Source: Candidatus Multivoradales bacterium
Lineage (GTDB): Bacteria > Acidobacteriota > Thermoanaerobaculia > Multivoradales > J023
Reading direction: 5' to 3'
DNA: 41,481 nucleotides
Assembly (NCBI GenBank): GCA_965248925.1
Contig: CBDFLE010000002.1
Span: 1 to 41,481, forward strand
This document shows, in pieces, positions 1-8,614 of this stretch. The notes beneath the pieces were generated by a model, which worked only from the letters and a program-made list of their open reading frames with translations, ran no database searches and was not told where the DNA came from. The position numbers and the translations under genes were made by a program. Position 1 is the stretch's first letter. Each line of letters starts with the position of its first letter.

Positions 1-62
1 GGTCGAGGTGTTGCCAGCGACCTCGAGCGTCCCAGATCCCGAGCAAGATCCCGGCGGTGCCG

Positions 63-88
63 GCGGACTTTTGCGGACTTTTGCGGAT
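63..88 (+). repeat. GCGGACTTTT x2 + GCGGAT direct repeat (10-bp period), candidate regulator site
   Basis: Seen directly. Lies just upstream of the putative early promoter, and the motif recurs elsewhere. Confidence 0.7.
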
Positions 89-94
89 CAAGGC

Positions 95-122
95 TTGCCG
101 ACCGATCCTCTCGTCATAGACT
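95..122 (+). promoter_or_regulatory. Putative early promoter, TTGCCG-N16-TAGACT
   Basis: -35-like at 95-100 and -10-like at 117-122, followed by GGAG and ATG at 132. Confidence 0.45.
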
Positions 123-131
123 CGGAGACCG

Positions 132-1055
132 ATGGCACAGCTTGAATTTCAGCCGGCGGCCGAACAGCCTCTGAGGCCCAAGGTTCTTCTCTACGGCGAC
201 AAGGGATCGACGAAGACGCTGACCACATTGGCCGTTGCACGGGCAACAGGGGCGAAGCTGGCGCTCGTGGATGCGGAGCACGGTTCCGATACGTTCGCCT
301 CGAGCTTCGCGTTCGACGTCGTCCACACCGACGACCCGGTCGAGGTCGAGGGACAGGTCGACAAGCTACTCAGCGACCCGGGCGCCTACACGATGTTCGG
401 CGTCGATCCGTTGTCGACTGTCCACGATCGTCTACTCGAGATGGCCGACCGCGAGCTCCGCGCCAAGCGGTCCTCCGGTGGCGGGCGCAAGCCAGGGCTG
501 TTCGAATCGGTCCTCGAGTTCGGCACGCACAGCAGGATCGGCGCGATTTCGAAGATCCTGCAAGCCAAGATGCGGCGCCTCGATCTGGCGGTGATCGCGA
601 CAGCGCACCTCGCCACCGAATACAAGAGCAGCAGGCGAGGCCATTCGGTTGTCCTCGAGGCGGTAGGGTCGAAGCCTGAGGGTCACAAGTCCCTCGCCTA
701 TTGGTACGACCTGGTCTTGCGACTCGAGCGCATCGGAACCAACATCGTCGCTCGGGTCGAGAAAGCTCGAGGGATGCCGATCGAGATCGGCGCGTCGATC
801 GAAGAGTTCGACCCCACCAAGCTCGTCGCGTTGTTCCCCGATGGGGTGTGGACGCGGAAAGCGATCGCGCGGCCGGTCGTCAACGACAAGCAACGGGAAG
901 AGATCGAGGCTCTCATCGAGTTGGCTGGACTCCAGCCCTACCAAGTCTCTCAAGCCCTCACACGTTACGGGGCTTCGTCTGTCGACCTGTTGGGTGCAGA
1001 GCATGCGCCGACGGTCATCACAAACCTCCAAGGGTTCATCGCGAGAAAGCAATGA
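132..1055 (+). CDS. AAA_24-family ATPase, Sak4-like single-strand annealing protein
   Basis: KVLLYGDKGSTKT (variant Walker A), ALVDAEHGS, GVDPLS (Walker B), VIATAH, YWYDLVLRL. Followed by a DUF669-like SSB, the usual Sak4 partner. Confidence 0.75.
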   Translation: MAQLEFQPAAEQPLRPKVLLYGDKGSTKTLTTLAVARATGAKLALVDAEHGSDTFASSFAFDVVHTDDPVEVEGQVDKLLSDPGAYTMFGVDPLSTVHDRLLEMADRELRAKRSSGGGRKPGLFESVLEFGTHSRIGAISKILQAKMRRLDLAVIATAHLATEYKSSRRGHSVVLEAVGSKPEGHKSLAYWYDLVLRLERIGTNIVARVEKARGMPIEIGASIEEFDPTKLVALFPDGVWTRKAIARPVVNDKQREEIEALIELAGLQPYQVSQALTRYGASSVDLLGAEHAPTVITNLQGFIARKQ

Positions 1056-1579
1056 GATACGGATTCCAATCGGGCACGAAAGAAAAAGCAGCAAGCGGCG
1101 GCGGCGGCGTGTTGGCCGGCGTCTACATCATGAGGATCCAGTCGAACCAACTCGGCCAGTCCTCAAACAAGTCGCCCCAGTGGGTCGTCAAAATGACGGT
1201 CGAGAAGTGCCTCACTGAGAAGGCATCGCCGGTGGACTCTGAGCACACCGACTGGATTACCTGGACGCAGGCGGCTGAGTGGCGCGCCTGGATCTTCCTC
1301 GAGGCTTGCGGCATCAACCCCGAAACTCTCACCGAGTTCGACCTCGACAAACACTCCGACATCGTGGTCGGCAAGCTCGTCAAGGTTACCGTCGAGCCGC
1401 ACAGCTACACCGGCAACGATGGCAAGGTGAGGGAGTCGACGACGGTTGCTGCCCGCGGCTACGCGCCGGTGACCGACTCGACGGCCGCTGCGGCAGCTCA
1501 GCGGCCGGCCACCGCTTCCCTGCCGCAGGACGCGCCGCCGGCGGAGACTGAGGCTTCCGCCGGCGAGGTGCCCTTCTAG
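1052..1579 (+). CDS. DUF669-like single-stranded DNA-binding protein (175 aa)
   Basis: ATGA overlap with the upstream stop. AGVYIMRI...SSNKSPQWVVKM...GKLVKVTV OB-fold pattern and SSB-like acidic tail ending GEVPF. Confidence 0.75.
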   Translation: MRYGFQSGTKEKAASGGGGVLAGVYIMRIQSNQLGQSSNKSPQWVVKMTVEKCLTEKASPVDSEHTDWITWTQAAEWRAWIFLEACGINPETLTEFDLDKHSDIVVGKLVKVTVEPHSYTGNDGKVRESTTVAARGYAPVTDSTAAAAAQRPATASLPQDAPPAETEASAGEVPF

Positions 1580-1583
1580 TCCC

Positions 1584-3806
1584 ATGGCAACTCCCGAGAC
1601 CCAAAAGGTCGAGGGAGTCCTCTCTCGGTTCGTCTGGCGTAGCGATGACACGGATTGGGTCATCGCCATCATTGACACCGGCGACGGTGACGTGACGGTG
1701 AAGGGTGCCCTGTCGGGTGCAACCCGTGGTTGCTGCTACAGCATAGAAGGCGTTCAAGGGTCGGACTCGTTCGGCACTCACCTCAAGATCAGGAGCTCGC
1801 TCCCGGTCATTCCAAAAACTGAGTCGGCGATCCGCGCCTTCCTTCAGACGCTACCGAACATCGGTTCGCACCGCGCCAACGTCCTCGTGCGCAAGTGGGG
1901 GACCGCTGCGCTCGACAAGCTACGAACAGCAGAGTTCGAGGAACTGAAAGAGGCCGGGCTTCGGCTCGGCCTCGCCAAGCTTCACGAAACCCGGTTGATT
2001 CTCGAGGGTGCCGAGTCCGATGCGGAGCTCAAGCTCACCGTCCGCACGATGCTCGGCGACCACGGCACCGATAAGCTCTCGAAGAAGGTGCTCGACGAGT
2101 GGGGCAAGGACTCGGCCAATATCATTCGCGCGCATCCATGGCGCTTGACCGACCTACCCCGGGTCGGGTTCGTAATCGCCGACGCCGTCGCGCGCCACCT
2201 CGGTCACGCTCCCGAGTCGCCCGAGCGGATCATCGCCGGCGTCCTCCACACGATGGATCAGATCCGACAGGGTGGCGACACCGCGGTTCACAAGGTCTTT
2301 CTCGTGCAGAGGGCGGCGCAGGTCCTCGCCCTCGATGGGCACTGCGCCGACTACGGCGGCCTTGTTCTCAGCGCAATCGACGAGCTCCGCGGTGTTCTCG
2401 ATCTCATCGGGATTTCGGACGATCGTGTTCAACTCCGCATCGACCGAGAGCGTGAGTCGTTCATCGGTCGCGAGCTCCGCGAACGGGTTGAACGCAAGGG
2501 CGGCTGGAGCCCGGCGACGATGCACAAGCTCGGGCTCGAGCACCTGGCCGCTGACCAACGCGCCGCGCTCGAGCTCATCGTCGCAAGCCCAACGGCGCTA
2601 CTCGTCGGCTCACCGGGCACGGGCAAAACCTACGCGGTGAAAGAACTGTTGCGCTGCTACCGAAGCGGCGCGATCAAGCTGTGCGCGCCGACCGGCAAGG
2701 CGGCGCGGAGACTATCGGAGGCTGCTTGCCACAAAGCCCAGACGATCCATTCACTACTCGAGCCGGCGCCGCGCAAGGTCAAGGGCAAGGTGGTGTGGGG
2801 GTTCGGTCGGAATCACGATTTCCTCCTCGAGGCCGAGGTCGTTGTCGTCGATGAGGTGTCGATGATCGACACGTTTCTGATGTCCTCGCTGCTCGAGGCG
2901 ATGCCCAACGAATGCCGGCTAGTTCTGGTCGGCGACGTCGCGCAGCTACCGAGCGTCGGTTGTGGGTGCGTGCTGCGCGACCTCATGAAGTCGAAGCTCT
3001 TGCCGACTGCGTCACTGCACACGATCAAGCGCACCAACCCGGGGCCGTTGTTGACTCATATCCATGAGGTGAGGGCGGGGCATTGGACACCGGTGGTCAA
3101 CTCCAAGGCCGAGGGGAACGATCTCTTCGTGATGCCGGTCCCGAACGAGGAGCTTGGCGTCGCGAAGATACTCGAGCTCTACCTCGACCGGCTGCCCAAG
3201 CTCCTCGAGCCGAAGTCGGACCCGATCCTCGACATCCAAATCCTGTTGCCGTGGAAGGGGAAGAAGACGCTCTCCGCTGACGCGGTGAACGCGCTCGTTC
3301 AACGCCGGCGCGTTGAGCTTGGGCACGTCATCCTCTTGAAACCGGCGTTCGGCATCGGTGACAAGGTGATCCAGGTCCGCAACGACTACAACCTCGGGAT
3401 CGTCAACGGCGATATTGGGTTCATCGAGCGGATCTCGGACGTCGAGCTCGAGGGGCGCTCTAAGGCTGTCACCTGCTACATCGTGCGTTTCCAGGGTTAC
3501 CCGGACCCGGTAACGATCCCGGCGTTCTCGAGCGATCTACAGCTCGCCTACGCGATCACGATTCACAAGTCGCAAGGGTCCGAGTGGCCGATCGTGATCC
3601 TCGCAGCGCTCGGGATGTCGTCGCCGTTCTACGATCGCACGCTCTTCTACACGGCGCTATCGAGGGCCAAGTCGTTTGGTGTGATCGTCGGCAACCAAGG
3701 CGGCCTCGGCCGTGTTCTCTCTCGTTCCACACCTGAGCGGCGCATGACAAACCTAGTCGAAACGCTGTCGGGTGAATCCAAAGCAGAAGGCGCGAGTGGT
3801 GGTTGA
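1584..3806 (+). CDS. recD2: RecD2-like ATP-dependent SF1B DNA helicase
   Basis: N-terminal OB/HhH region (LPNIGSHRA, LPRVGFVIAD), GSPGTGKT, APTGKAA, TIHSLL, VVDEVSM, LVGDVAQLPSVG, GDKVIQVRN, LAYAITIHKSQGSEW, YTALSRAK. Confidence 0.92.
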   Translation: MATPETQKVEGVLSRFVWRSDDTDWVIAIIDTGDGDVTVKGALSGATRGCCYSIEGVQGSDSFGTHLKIRSSLPVIPKTESAIRAFLQTLPNIGSHRANVLVRKWGTAALDKLRTAEFEELKEAGLRLGLAKLHETRLILEGAESDAELKLTVRTMLGDHGTDKLSKKVLDEWGKDSANIIRAHPWRLTDLPRVGFVIADAVARHLGHAPESPERIIAGVLHTMDQIRQGGDTAVHKVFLVQRAAQVLALDGHCADYGGLVLSAIDELRGVLDLIGISDDRVQLRIDRERESFIGRELRERVERKGGWSPATMHKLGLEHLAADQRAALELIVASPTALLVGSPGTGKTYAVKELLRCYRSGAIKLCAPTGKAARRLSEAACHKAQTIHSLLEPAPRKVKGKVVWGFGRNHDFLLEAEVVVVDEVSMIDTFLMSSLLEAMPNECRLVLVGDVAQLPSVGCGCVLRDLMKSKLLPTASLHTIKRTNPGPLLTHIHEVRAGHWTPVVNSKAEGNDLFVMPVPNEELGVAKILELYLDRLPKLLEPKSDPILDIQILLPWKGKKTLSADAVNALVQRRRVELGHVILLKPAFGIGDKVIQVRNDYNLGIVNGDIGFIERISDVELEGRSKAVTCYIVRFQGYPDPVTIPAFSSDLQLAYAITIHKSQGSEWPIVILAALGMSSPFYDRTLFYTALSRAKSFGVIVGNQGGLGRVLSRSTPERRMTNLVETLSGESKAEGASGG

Positions 3807-4524
3807 TTTCAGCAAACTCGCAGAGAAGAGGAGGCAGGAAAGGAAGATGAAACTCCCCCGCAATATCGAGGCGGTGACCGACATCGAAACGGTGTCGGCA
3901 ATTAGCGGCGAGATGTTCGAGCAACTTCGAGCATCATTGAAGCCCGATGCAAGGCTGAAAGATCCGAAGAAGATCGAAGCCGACCTCGCTAAGCAAACCG
4001 AGCAGATCCGTCCCAAAGGTGCGCTCAGCCCTCTTACTGGCCAAGTGGCATCGATTGCCACCGTCTTCGTCACCTTCGACAACGACGGTTCGGAGGTGTT
4101 CCGGCACGAATGGGCGACGACGATCGGGCACGCCGGCAGTGAGGTAGCGGTCCTCGAGGCGTGGATCGAGAAGATGGACAAGTGTCGTGCTGCGATCGAC
4201 GGCGACTTGCGGCTCGTCACCTACAACGGCCGGCGCTTCGACGTGCCGTTCTTGATCGCACGCCAGGCGGTCAACAATCTTTCGGGGCACAAGATCTTGA
4301 GTGCGAACAGATACGACAAGGCGCACATCGACCTGATCGACCAGTTCGAGGGCGGGCTCGGCAAGTGGGCCCTGTTGCTCGGGATGGAAAAACTAGGCAA
4401 GGGCAGCGACGTCGCTGCGATGATCGAGGCGGGCGACTGGGACGCGGTGCGCCTCTACAACATGAGGGACAGCGGCGTCACCGCCGAACTCTGGCGACGT
4501 GCGCAACGGTCCGCGTCGTGGTAG
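3772..4524 (+). CDS. PolB/DnaQ-type 3'-5' exonuclease (stand-alone)
   Basis: ExoI DIET, ExoII YNGRRFDVPF, HIDL, ExoIII YNMRD. Start may be GTG 3796 or 3799. Confidence 0.85.
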   Translation: MNPKQKARVVVDFSKLAEKRRQERKMKLPRNIEAVTDIETVSAISGEMFEQLRASLKPDARLKDPKKIEADLAKQTEQIRPKGALSPLTGQVASIATVFVTFDNDGSEVFRHEWATTIGHAGSEVAVLEAWIEKMDKCRAAIDGDLRLVTYNGRRFDVPFLIARQAVNNLSGHKILSANRYDKAHIDLIDQFEGGLGKWALLLGMEKLGKGSDVAAMIEAGDWDAVRLYNMRDSGVTAELWRRAQRSASW

Positions 4525-4534
4525 CTTCGAGTGG

Positions 4535-5089
4535 ATGCCGAAGAGAGCTCCCGAGACGATCTTGGTCGACACTCGCGAGCAGCGTCCGTATCGGTGGGAC
4601 GATCAGCCGGTCGAGACGGTCACTCTCGACGTAGGCGACTATAGCGGACAGAGTGTCCGCGACACGTTGCGCGTCGAGAGGAAGAGTTTGAGTGATCTGC
4701 TCGGGTGCGTCGGGGGGGGTCGGTCCAGGTTCGAGCGGTGCCTAGGACGCCTTGAGGCCTACCCGAGCAGATTTTTGATTATCGAAGCGAGCCTCGAGTT
4801 CCTTGCGCGCGGCAAGTGGCTCGACTTCCACATTGGTCTACCGAGGGGGTCGCAGTGGGACAGCTACCACCCGGATCTGCCGCGCCACAACCATCCGATT
4901 TTGTCCGCTCCCATGAAGGTCACGCCGAGCCAGGCCATCGGCTCGGTGATGGGTTGGTCGCTTCGATACGGTGTTGTCCCGTTGTTCTGCGGGGACCGTC
5001 GTCACGGGCAGGCTGCGACCCTACGCCTCATTCGCATCGCCGCAGAACAACGCCGGAAGAAAGAACGGGCGAGCGCCCCTCTCACGTAG
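4535..5089 (+). CDS. ERCC4-domain nuclease (resolvase-like, 184 aa)
   Basis: VDTREQRP, LDVGDYS, VERKSLSDL, FLIIEAS motifs. Confidence 0.88.
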   Translation: MPKRAPETILVDTREQRPYRWDDQPVETVTLDVGDYSGQSVRDTLRVERKSLSDLLGCVGGGRSRFERCLGRLEAYPSRFLIIEASLEFLARGKWLDFHIGLPRGSQWDSYHPDLPRHNHPILSAPMKVTPSQAIGSVMGWSLRYGVVPLFCGDRRHGQAATLRLIRIAAEQRRKKERASAPLT

Positions 5090-5107
5090 CGCTCGCCCGT
5101 CAACACC

Positions 5108-7804
5108 ATGGTAGCTACAGACCTTGTATCGGCTCGGGTTGCCGTTCTCCTCGAACTGTTCGCAAACCGCCGGGACAGACTAGCTGTCATGGCACCGTGG
5201 GGGAAGCCGACGCCGGTCGCCATCGCCGACGACGAGCAACTCGAGGCGGTGATTCGCTCACACCTTACCGGGTCGAAGTGCAGCCTACGCCTCGAGCAAG
5301 GCGGCGGGAAGCCAGCGAAGTCGGTGTTCGGGATCTGGCGTATCGGTTTCTATTGCCCGACGCCGGGCGACTCGCTCACGCTGTGGGCGTGCGTCGACAT
5401 CGACGGTTCGAAGAACCACGCCGCCGGCGTCAAGGACGTCAGGCTCGCCGCCATCCGTATTCGTCGGCGGGCCGAGATGCTTGGCGTCAAGGTCTACCTC
5501 GAGCGGTCGGGTGGCGGCTCGGGCTGGCACGCTTGGCTGTTCTTCTCGGAACCGATACCTGCTGCGCTCGCGCGAGACATCGGTCTCGTTCTCTGCCCAC
5601 CGGACGTTGAGCTCGCCACGCCAACGCGCAAGGGCCACACGTCTGCTGATCCACGCCAGAACCGAGGCCTCGAGGTCTTTCCAAAGACAACGACGCTCGC
5701 TGCGGGGGGCACCGGGGGCATGCTATGGCAGCCGTGGTGGCACGGCGCCGAAGGCGCGGCGAATAAGTTCTTCGACGCCGACGCCACCCGGATCGGCGAC
5801 GAGCTCACCGACGTCGCCTTCGAGCGGCACGACGCGCAGCGCATCGCGCTCGCCCTCGACAAGGCGAAAACGTGGAGGAAACCCGACCGCGACTTTCGCT
5901 CAAGGCTCACGTCGCCAGAGTGGAACAGTTGGAAGCTCGAGGCGTGCGCTGCGCTGCCCCTCGATAGGATCTACGGCCCATATCTCACCGGCAGGACCTC
6001 CGGCGCCGGCGGTGAGTGGCTCGAATGTCGAGACCCTGAGTCTCCTAGCGGTGACCAAAACCCGAGCGCCGGCGTGGTCGACACTGTTCCCGGCTACATC
6101 CGAGGCTCGTGGCACTCGTTCATTTCGGGTGAGACGAAGCTCGTGTTCCGGTTCATGGTCGAGCAGAACCTCGCGGTGAGCTACGCCGACGCCGACCGCA
6201 TCGTCGCTGAGCTCTCAGGTGTAAAGCTGCCGATTCAAAGGCTCCAGCAGGTTCGTCCCGACGGCGGGCCCAAGATCGACATCGCTGGTCCGCCGGCGCC
6301 GGTGGACACATCGAAGCCGCAGCTCACGGCTACCGACACCTACTTCAGCGAACTGGAGACGAGCTCGTGGGAGGCGCTGCTCGCATGGAACACACCGCCG
6401 CAGCTGTTCCGTCGTGGCGAGGCCGTGGTGAGTTTGTCGGTGCGGCAGGATGGGACGCTCGGCTTCAGGCAACTCACGATCCAGACGATGCGCTCGCACC
6501 TGGACCGCTGCGCACAGTGGTACGTGCCGACGGCCGCTTCGCCCAAGCCGACATGGCCTCCCGAGTCAATCGCTCGCGTGATGCTCGAGCAAGGCTACGA
6601 ACAGCTGCCACCGATCGATCGGATCGTGCGGGCGCCGTTCTTCGACGCGAACCTCGAGCTCGTATCGGTCACTGGCTACCACCGCGAGCCACAAGTCTGG
6701 TTCGATGAGGCGAACGCGCTGTCGGTGGACACGATCCCCGAGGAGGTCACGGCAGACCTCGCCTCGAGGGCGGTCGATTTCCTCGACACCGAGCTCCTGA
6801 GCGACTTCGGGTTCGTCGACGCGGCAGACCGCGCGCACGTCTTCGCCGCTCTGATCCAACCGTTCGTGCGGATGGCGATTCGAGGGCCGACGCCGCTCTA
6901 CGTGATCGAGGCACCCAAAGCCGGCTCAGGTAAGACGGCGGTGTGCGAGGTGATCTCGCTGGTGACCACCGGTCGACGCCTCGCGGTGCGAACGCTCACC
7001 CACGACGACGACGAGCTTCAGAAGCGGATTCTGGCAGAGCTCATCGCGAGCAGCGAGATCGTGTGCTTCGACAACGTCACCGATAGGCGGACGCTGACGG
7101 CTCTGCCGCTCATGAACACGCTGACGGCCGACCACGTCAGTGGGCGGCCTTTGGGTGCAACGCGCGTTGAGACGGCGAAGAACCGTGCCTTGTGGATGTT
7201 GACCGGCAACAACCCCAAGCTCACGAGCGAGTTCGTGAGGCGGTGCGTGAGGACGAGGCTCGATACAGGGCTCGCCAAGCCGCACCGTCGCCTCGCCTCG
7301 AGCTATCGGCATCCGAGCTTCTTCAACTGGATCGCGGACAACCGTGGGCGGCTAGTGCGTGCGGTGTTGGTGCTCGTGCTGTATTGGAAGCAGCAAGGGG
7401 CGAAGCGCAGTGAGGCGTCAAAGTCCTCGTTCGATGATTGGGCGGCGATCATCGGTGGCATCCTCGAGGCCGTGATGGTGCCCGGGTTCCTCGGTAACGA
7501 GGACGTGTTCTACGAAGACGTCGACATCGAGGCCGACGACTGGGAGGCGTTCGTGGCTGCCTGGAAAGAGCACAAGCCACCGGGGCAGGGCTGCACGTCG
7601 TCGGAGCTGTTCCGGCTGGCCGACGTGAAGGATCTCCTCGCCGACGTGAGGACGGCCGGCAATGAGCGGGCGAACGTGGTGCGGTTCGGCAAGGCGTTAG
7701 CAGCGCACCGCGATCAGGTATTCGGTGAGCACAAGATCATCCGCGGTGCGCTGAGCGGCGGCACCCGGCTTTGGCGACTCGAGCGGACAGGAGAGGACTC
7801 ATGA
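5108..7804 (+). CDS. AEP (TOTE-type) primase fused to a degenerate CHC2-like domain and a P-loop helicase
   Basis: WACVDID, ERSGGGSGWHAWLFF, EVFPK (AEP). GPTPLYVIEAPKAGSGKT, CFDNV, LTGNN (SF3/AAA-like helicase). Confidence 0.85.
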   Translation: MVATDLVSARVAVLLELFANRRDRLAVMAPWGKPTPVAIADDEQLEAVIRSHLTGSKCSLRLEQGGGKPAKSVFGIWRIGFYCPTPGDSLTLWACVDIDGSKNHAAGVKDVRLAAIRIRRRAEMLGVKVYLERSGGGSGWHAWLFFSEPIPAALARDIGLVLCPPDVELATPTRKGHTSADPRQNRGLEVFPKTTTLAAGGTGGMLWQPWWHGAEGAANKFFDADATRIGDELTDVAFERHDAQRIALALDKAKTWRKPDRDFRSRLTSPEWNSWKLEACAALPLDRIYGPYLTGRTSGAGGEWLECRDPESPSGDQNPSAGVVDTVPGYIRGSWHSFISGETKLVFRFMVEQNLAVSYADADRIVAELSGVKLPIQRLQQVRPDGGPKIDIAGPPAPVDTSKPQLTATDTYFSELETSSWEALLAWNTPPQLFRRGEAVVSLSVRQDGTLGFRQLTIQTMRSHLDRCAQWYVPTAASPKPTWPPESIARVMLEQGYEQLPPIDRIVRAPFFDANLELVSVTGYHREPQVWFDEANALSVDTIPEEVTADLASRAVDFLDTELLSDFGFVDAADRAHVFAALIQPFVRMAIRGPTPLYVIEAPKAGSGKTAVCEVISLVTTGRRLAVRTLTHDDDELQKRILAELIASSEIVCFDNVTDRRTLTALPLMNTLTADHVSGRPLGATRVETAKNRALWMLTGNNPKLTSEFVRRCVRTRLDTGLAKPHRRLASSYRHPSFFNWIADNRGRLVRAVLVLVLYWKQQGAKRSEASKSSFDDWAAIIGGILEAVMVPGFLGNEDVFYEDVDIEADDWEAFVAAWKEHKPPGQGCTSSELFRLADVKDLLADVRTAGNERANVVRFGKALAAHRDQVFGEHKIIRGALSGGTRLWRLERTGEDS

Positions 7805-8019
7805 AATACACATTCGACTTCGCGCCGTGGCTCGATCCGAAGGTCGGCCACCCACGCCAGCAGCGCCTGCCGTGGGCGCTACTGACCGAGGCACTCAGCG
7901 AGCTCGATGAGACCGACCACCACGAGGGAGGCGCTCACGAGGGCCAGGACGGCCAGGAGGATAGCTCCAAGGCACCCGATCGGGGGGCTGGGCTCGGGAA
8001 CGAGTCGGTTCGCGGTTAG
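7801..8019 (+). CDS. Small hypothetical protein, possibly a truncated remnant
   Basis: ATGA-coupled to the primase stop. The second half overlaps the convergent ORF 7879-8106. Confidence 0.3.
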   Translation: MKYTFDFAPWLDPKVGHPRQQRLPWALLTEALSELDETDHHEGGAHEGQDGQEDSSKAPDRGAGLGNESVRG

Positions 8020-8106
8020 GTCGGCGTCGGTGCGGTGGTCGAGCTCGAACTCCAGATCCTCGAGGTCGGCGTCGGTGAGGGGGTCGTCTGGCACGGGGCG
8101 GCTCAT
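7879..8106 (-). CDS. Small membrane protein (75 aa, acidic N-terminus, C-terminal TM helix)
   Basis: Hydrophobic IGCLGAILLAVLALVSASLVVVGLI. ATGA-coupled to the upstream gene. Confidence 0.6.
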   Translation of the reverse strand: MSRPVPDDPLTDADLEDLEFELDHRTDADLTANRLVPEPSPPIGCLGAILLAVLALVSASLVVVGLIELAECLGQ

Positions 8107-8237
8107 GCGAGGATCGCCGCTCCCATGAACATCACGAGGAGGACGACGACACCGATAGCGGTGAGAAGAGGCCTCGCCGGGGGGGGCTCTTGAGCTTCCA
8201 GGCGAATCGCGAGGGGAATGTAGAGACCTTCTCTCAT
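8103..8237 (-). CDS. Small membrane peptide (44 aa), not in the ORF track
   Basis: MREGLYIPLAIRLEAQEPPPARPLLTAIGVVVLLVMFMGAAILA. ATGA overlaps at both ends. Confidence 0.6.
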   Translation of the reverse strand: MREGLYIPLAIRLEAQEPPPARPLLTAIGVVVLLVMFMGAAILA

Positions 8238-8614
8238 GACTGTGTGCTCGGCCGAATAGGCAAGGGTCCGTAGACGACAGGAATCCCCCCGCTACCGACG
8301 GGAGTCACCCACAATTCGTGGTATCGAGAGACGACGGTCGTTCCCGGGGCCTGCCCAGCAGTATCAGCGGACAGGATGAGCGCTTCTATCGTGCCTGCTG
8401 CGGCGTCGATGGTTGCAGCTCGCTGCACGTCTAAGTTTGTCGTGTCGTTGGGCCCGTCACGGAGATACCAGATAGCTGTGGCTCCAGTGAGCGCCGCAAT
8501 GAGCTCCGTAGACAGCTGGCTGTTTTCGTCGCGGATATTAGCGAGAAGCGTCACCTCTTCGCTCTCCGCCATCTCGATCGTGATTTCTTCCGCTGAAGCT
8601 CTAACGGTTGTCAT
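8234..8614 (-). CDS. BppU N-terminal-like Ig-fold virion protein
   Basis: IDAAAGTIEALILSADTA...RYHELWVT...VVYGPLPIRP pattern typical of BppU-N-like phage proteins. ATGA-coupled. Confidence 0.55.
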   Translation of the reverse strand: MTTVRASAEEITIEMAESEEVTLLANIRDENSQLSTELIAALTGATAIWYLRDGPNDTTNLDVQRAATIDAAAGTIEALILSADTAGQAPGTTVVSRYHELWVTPVGSGGIPVVYGPLPIRPSTQS

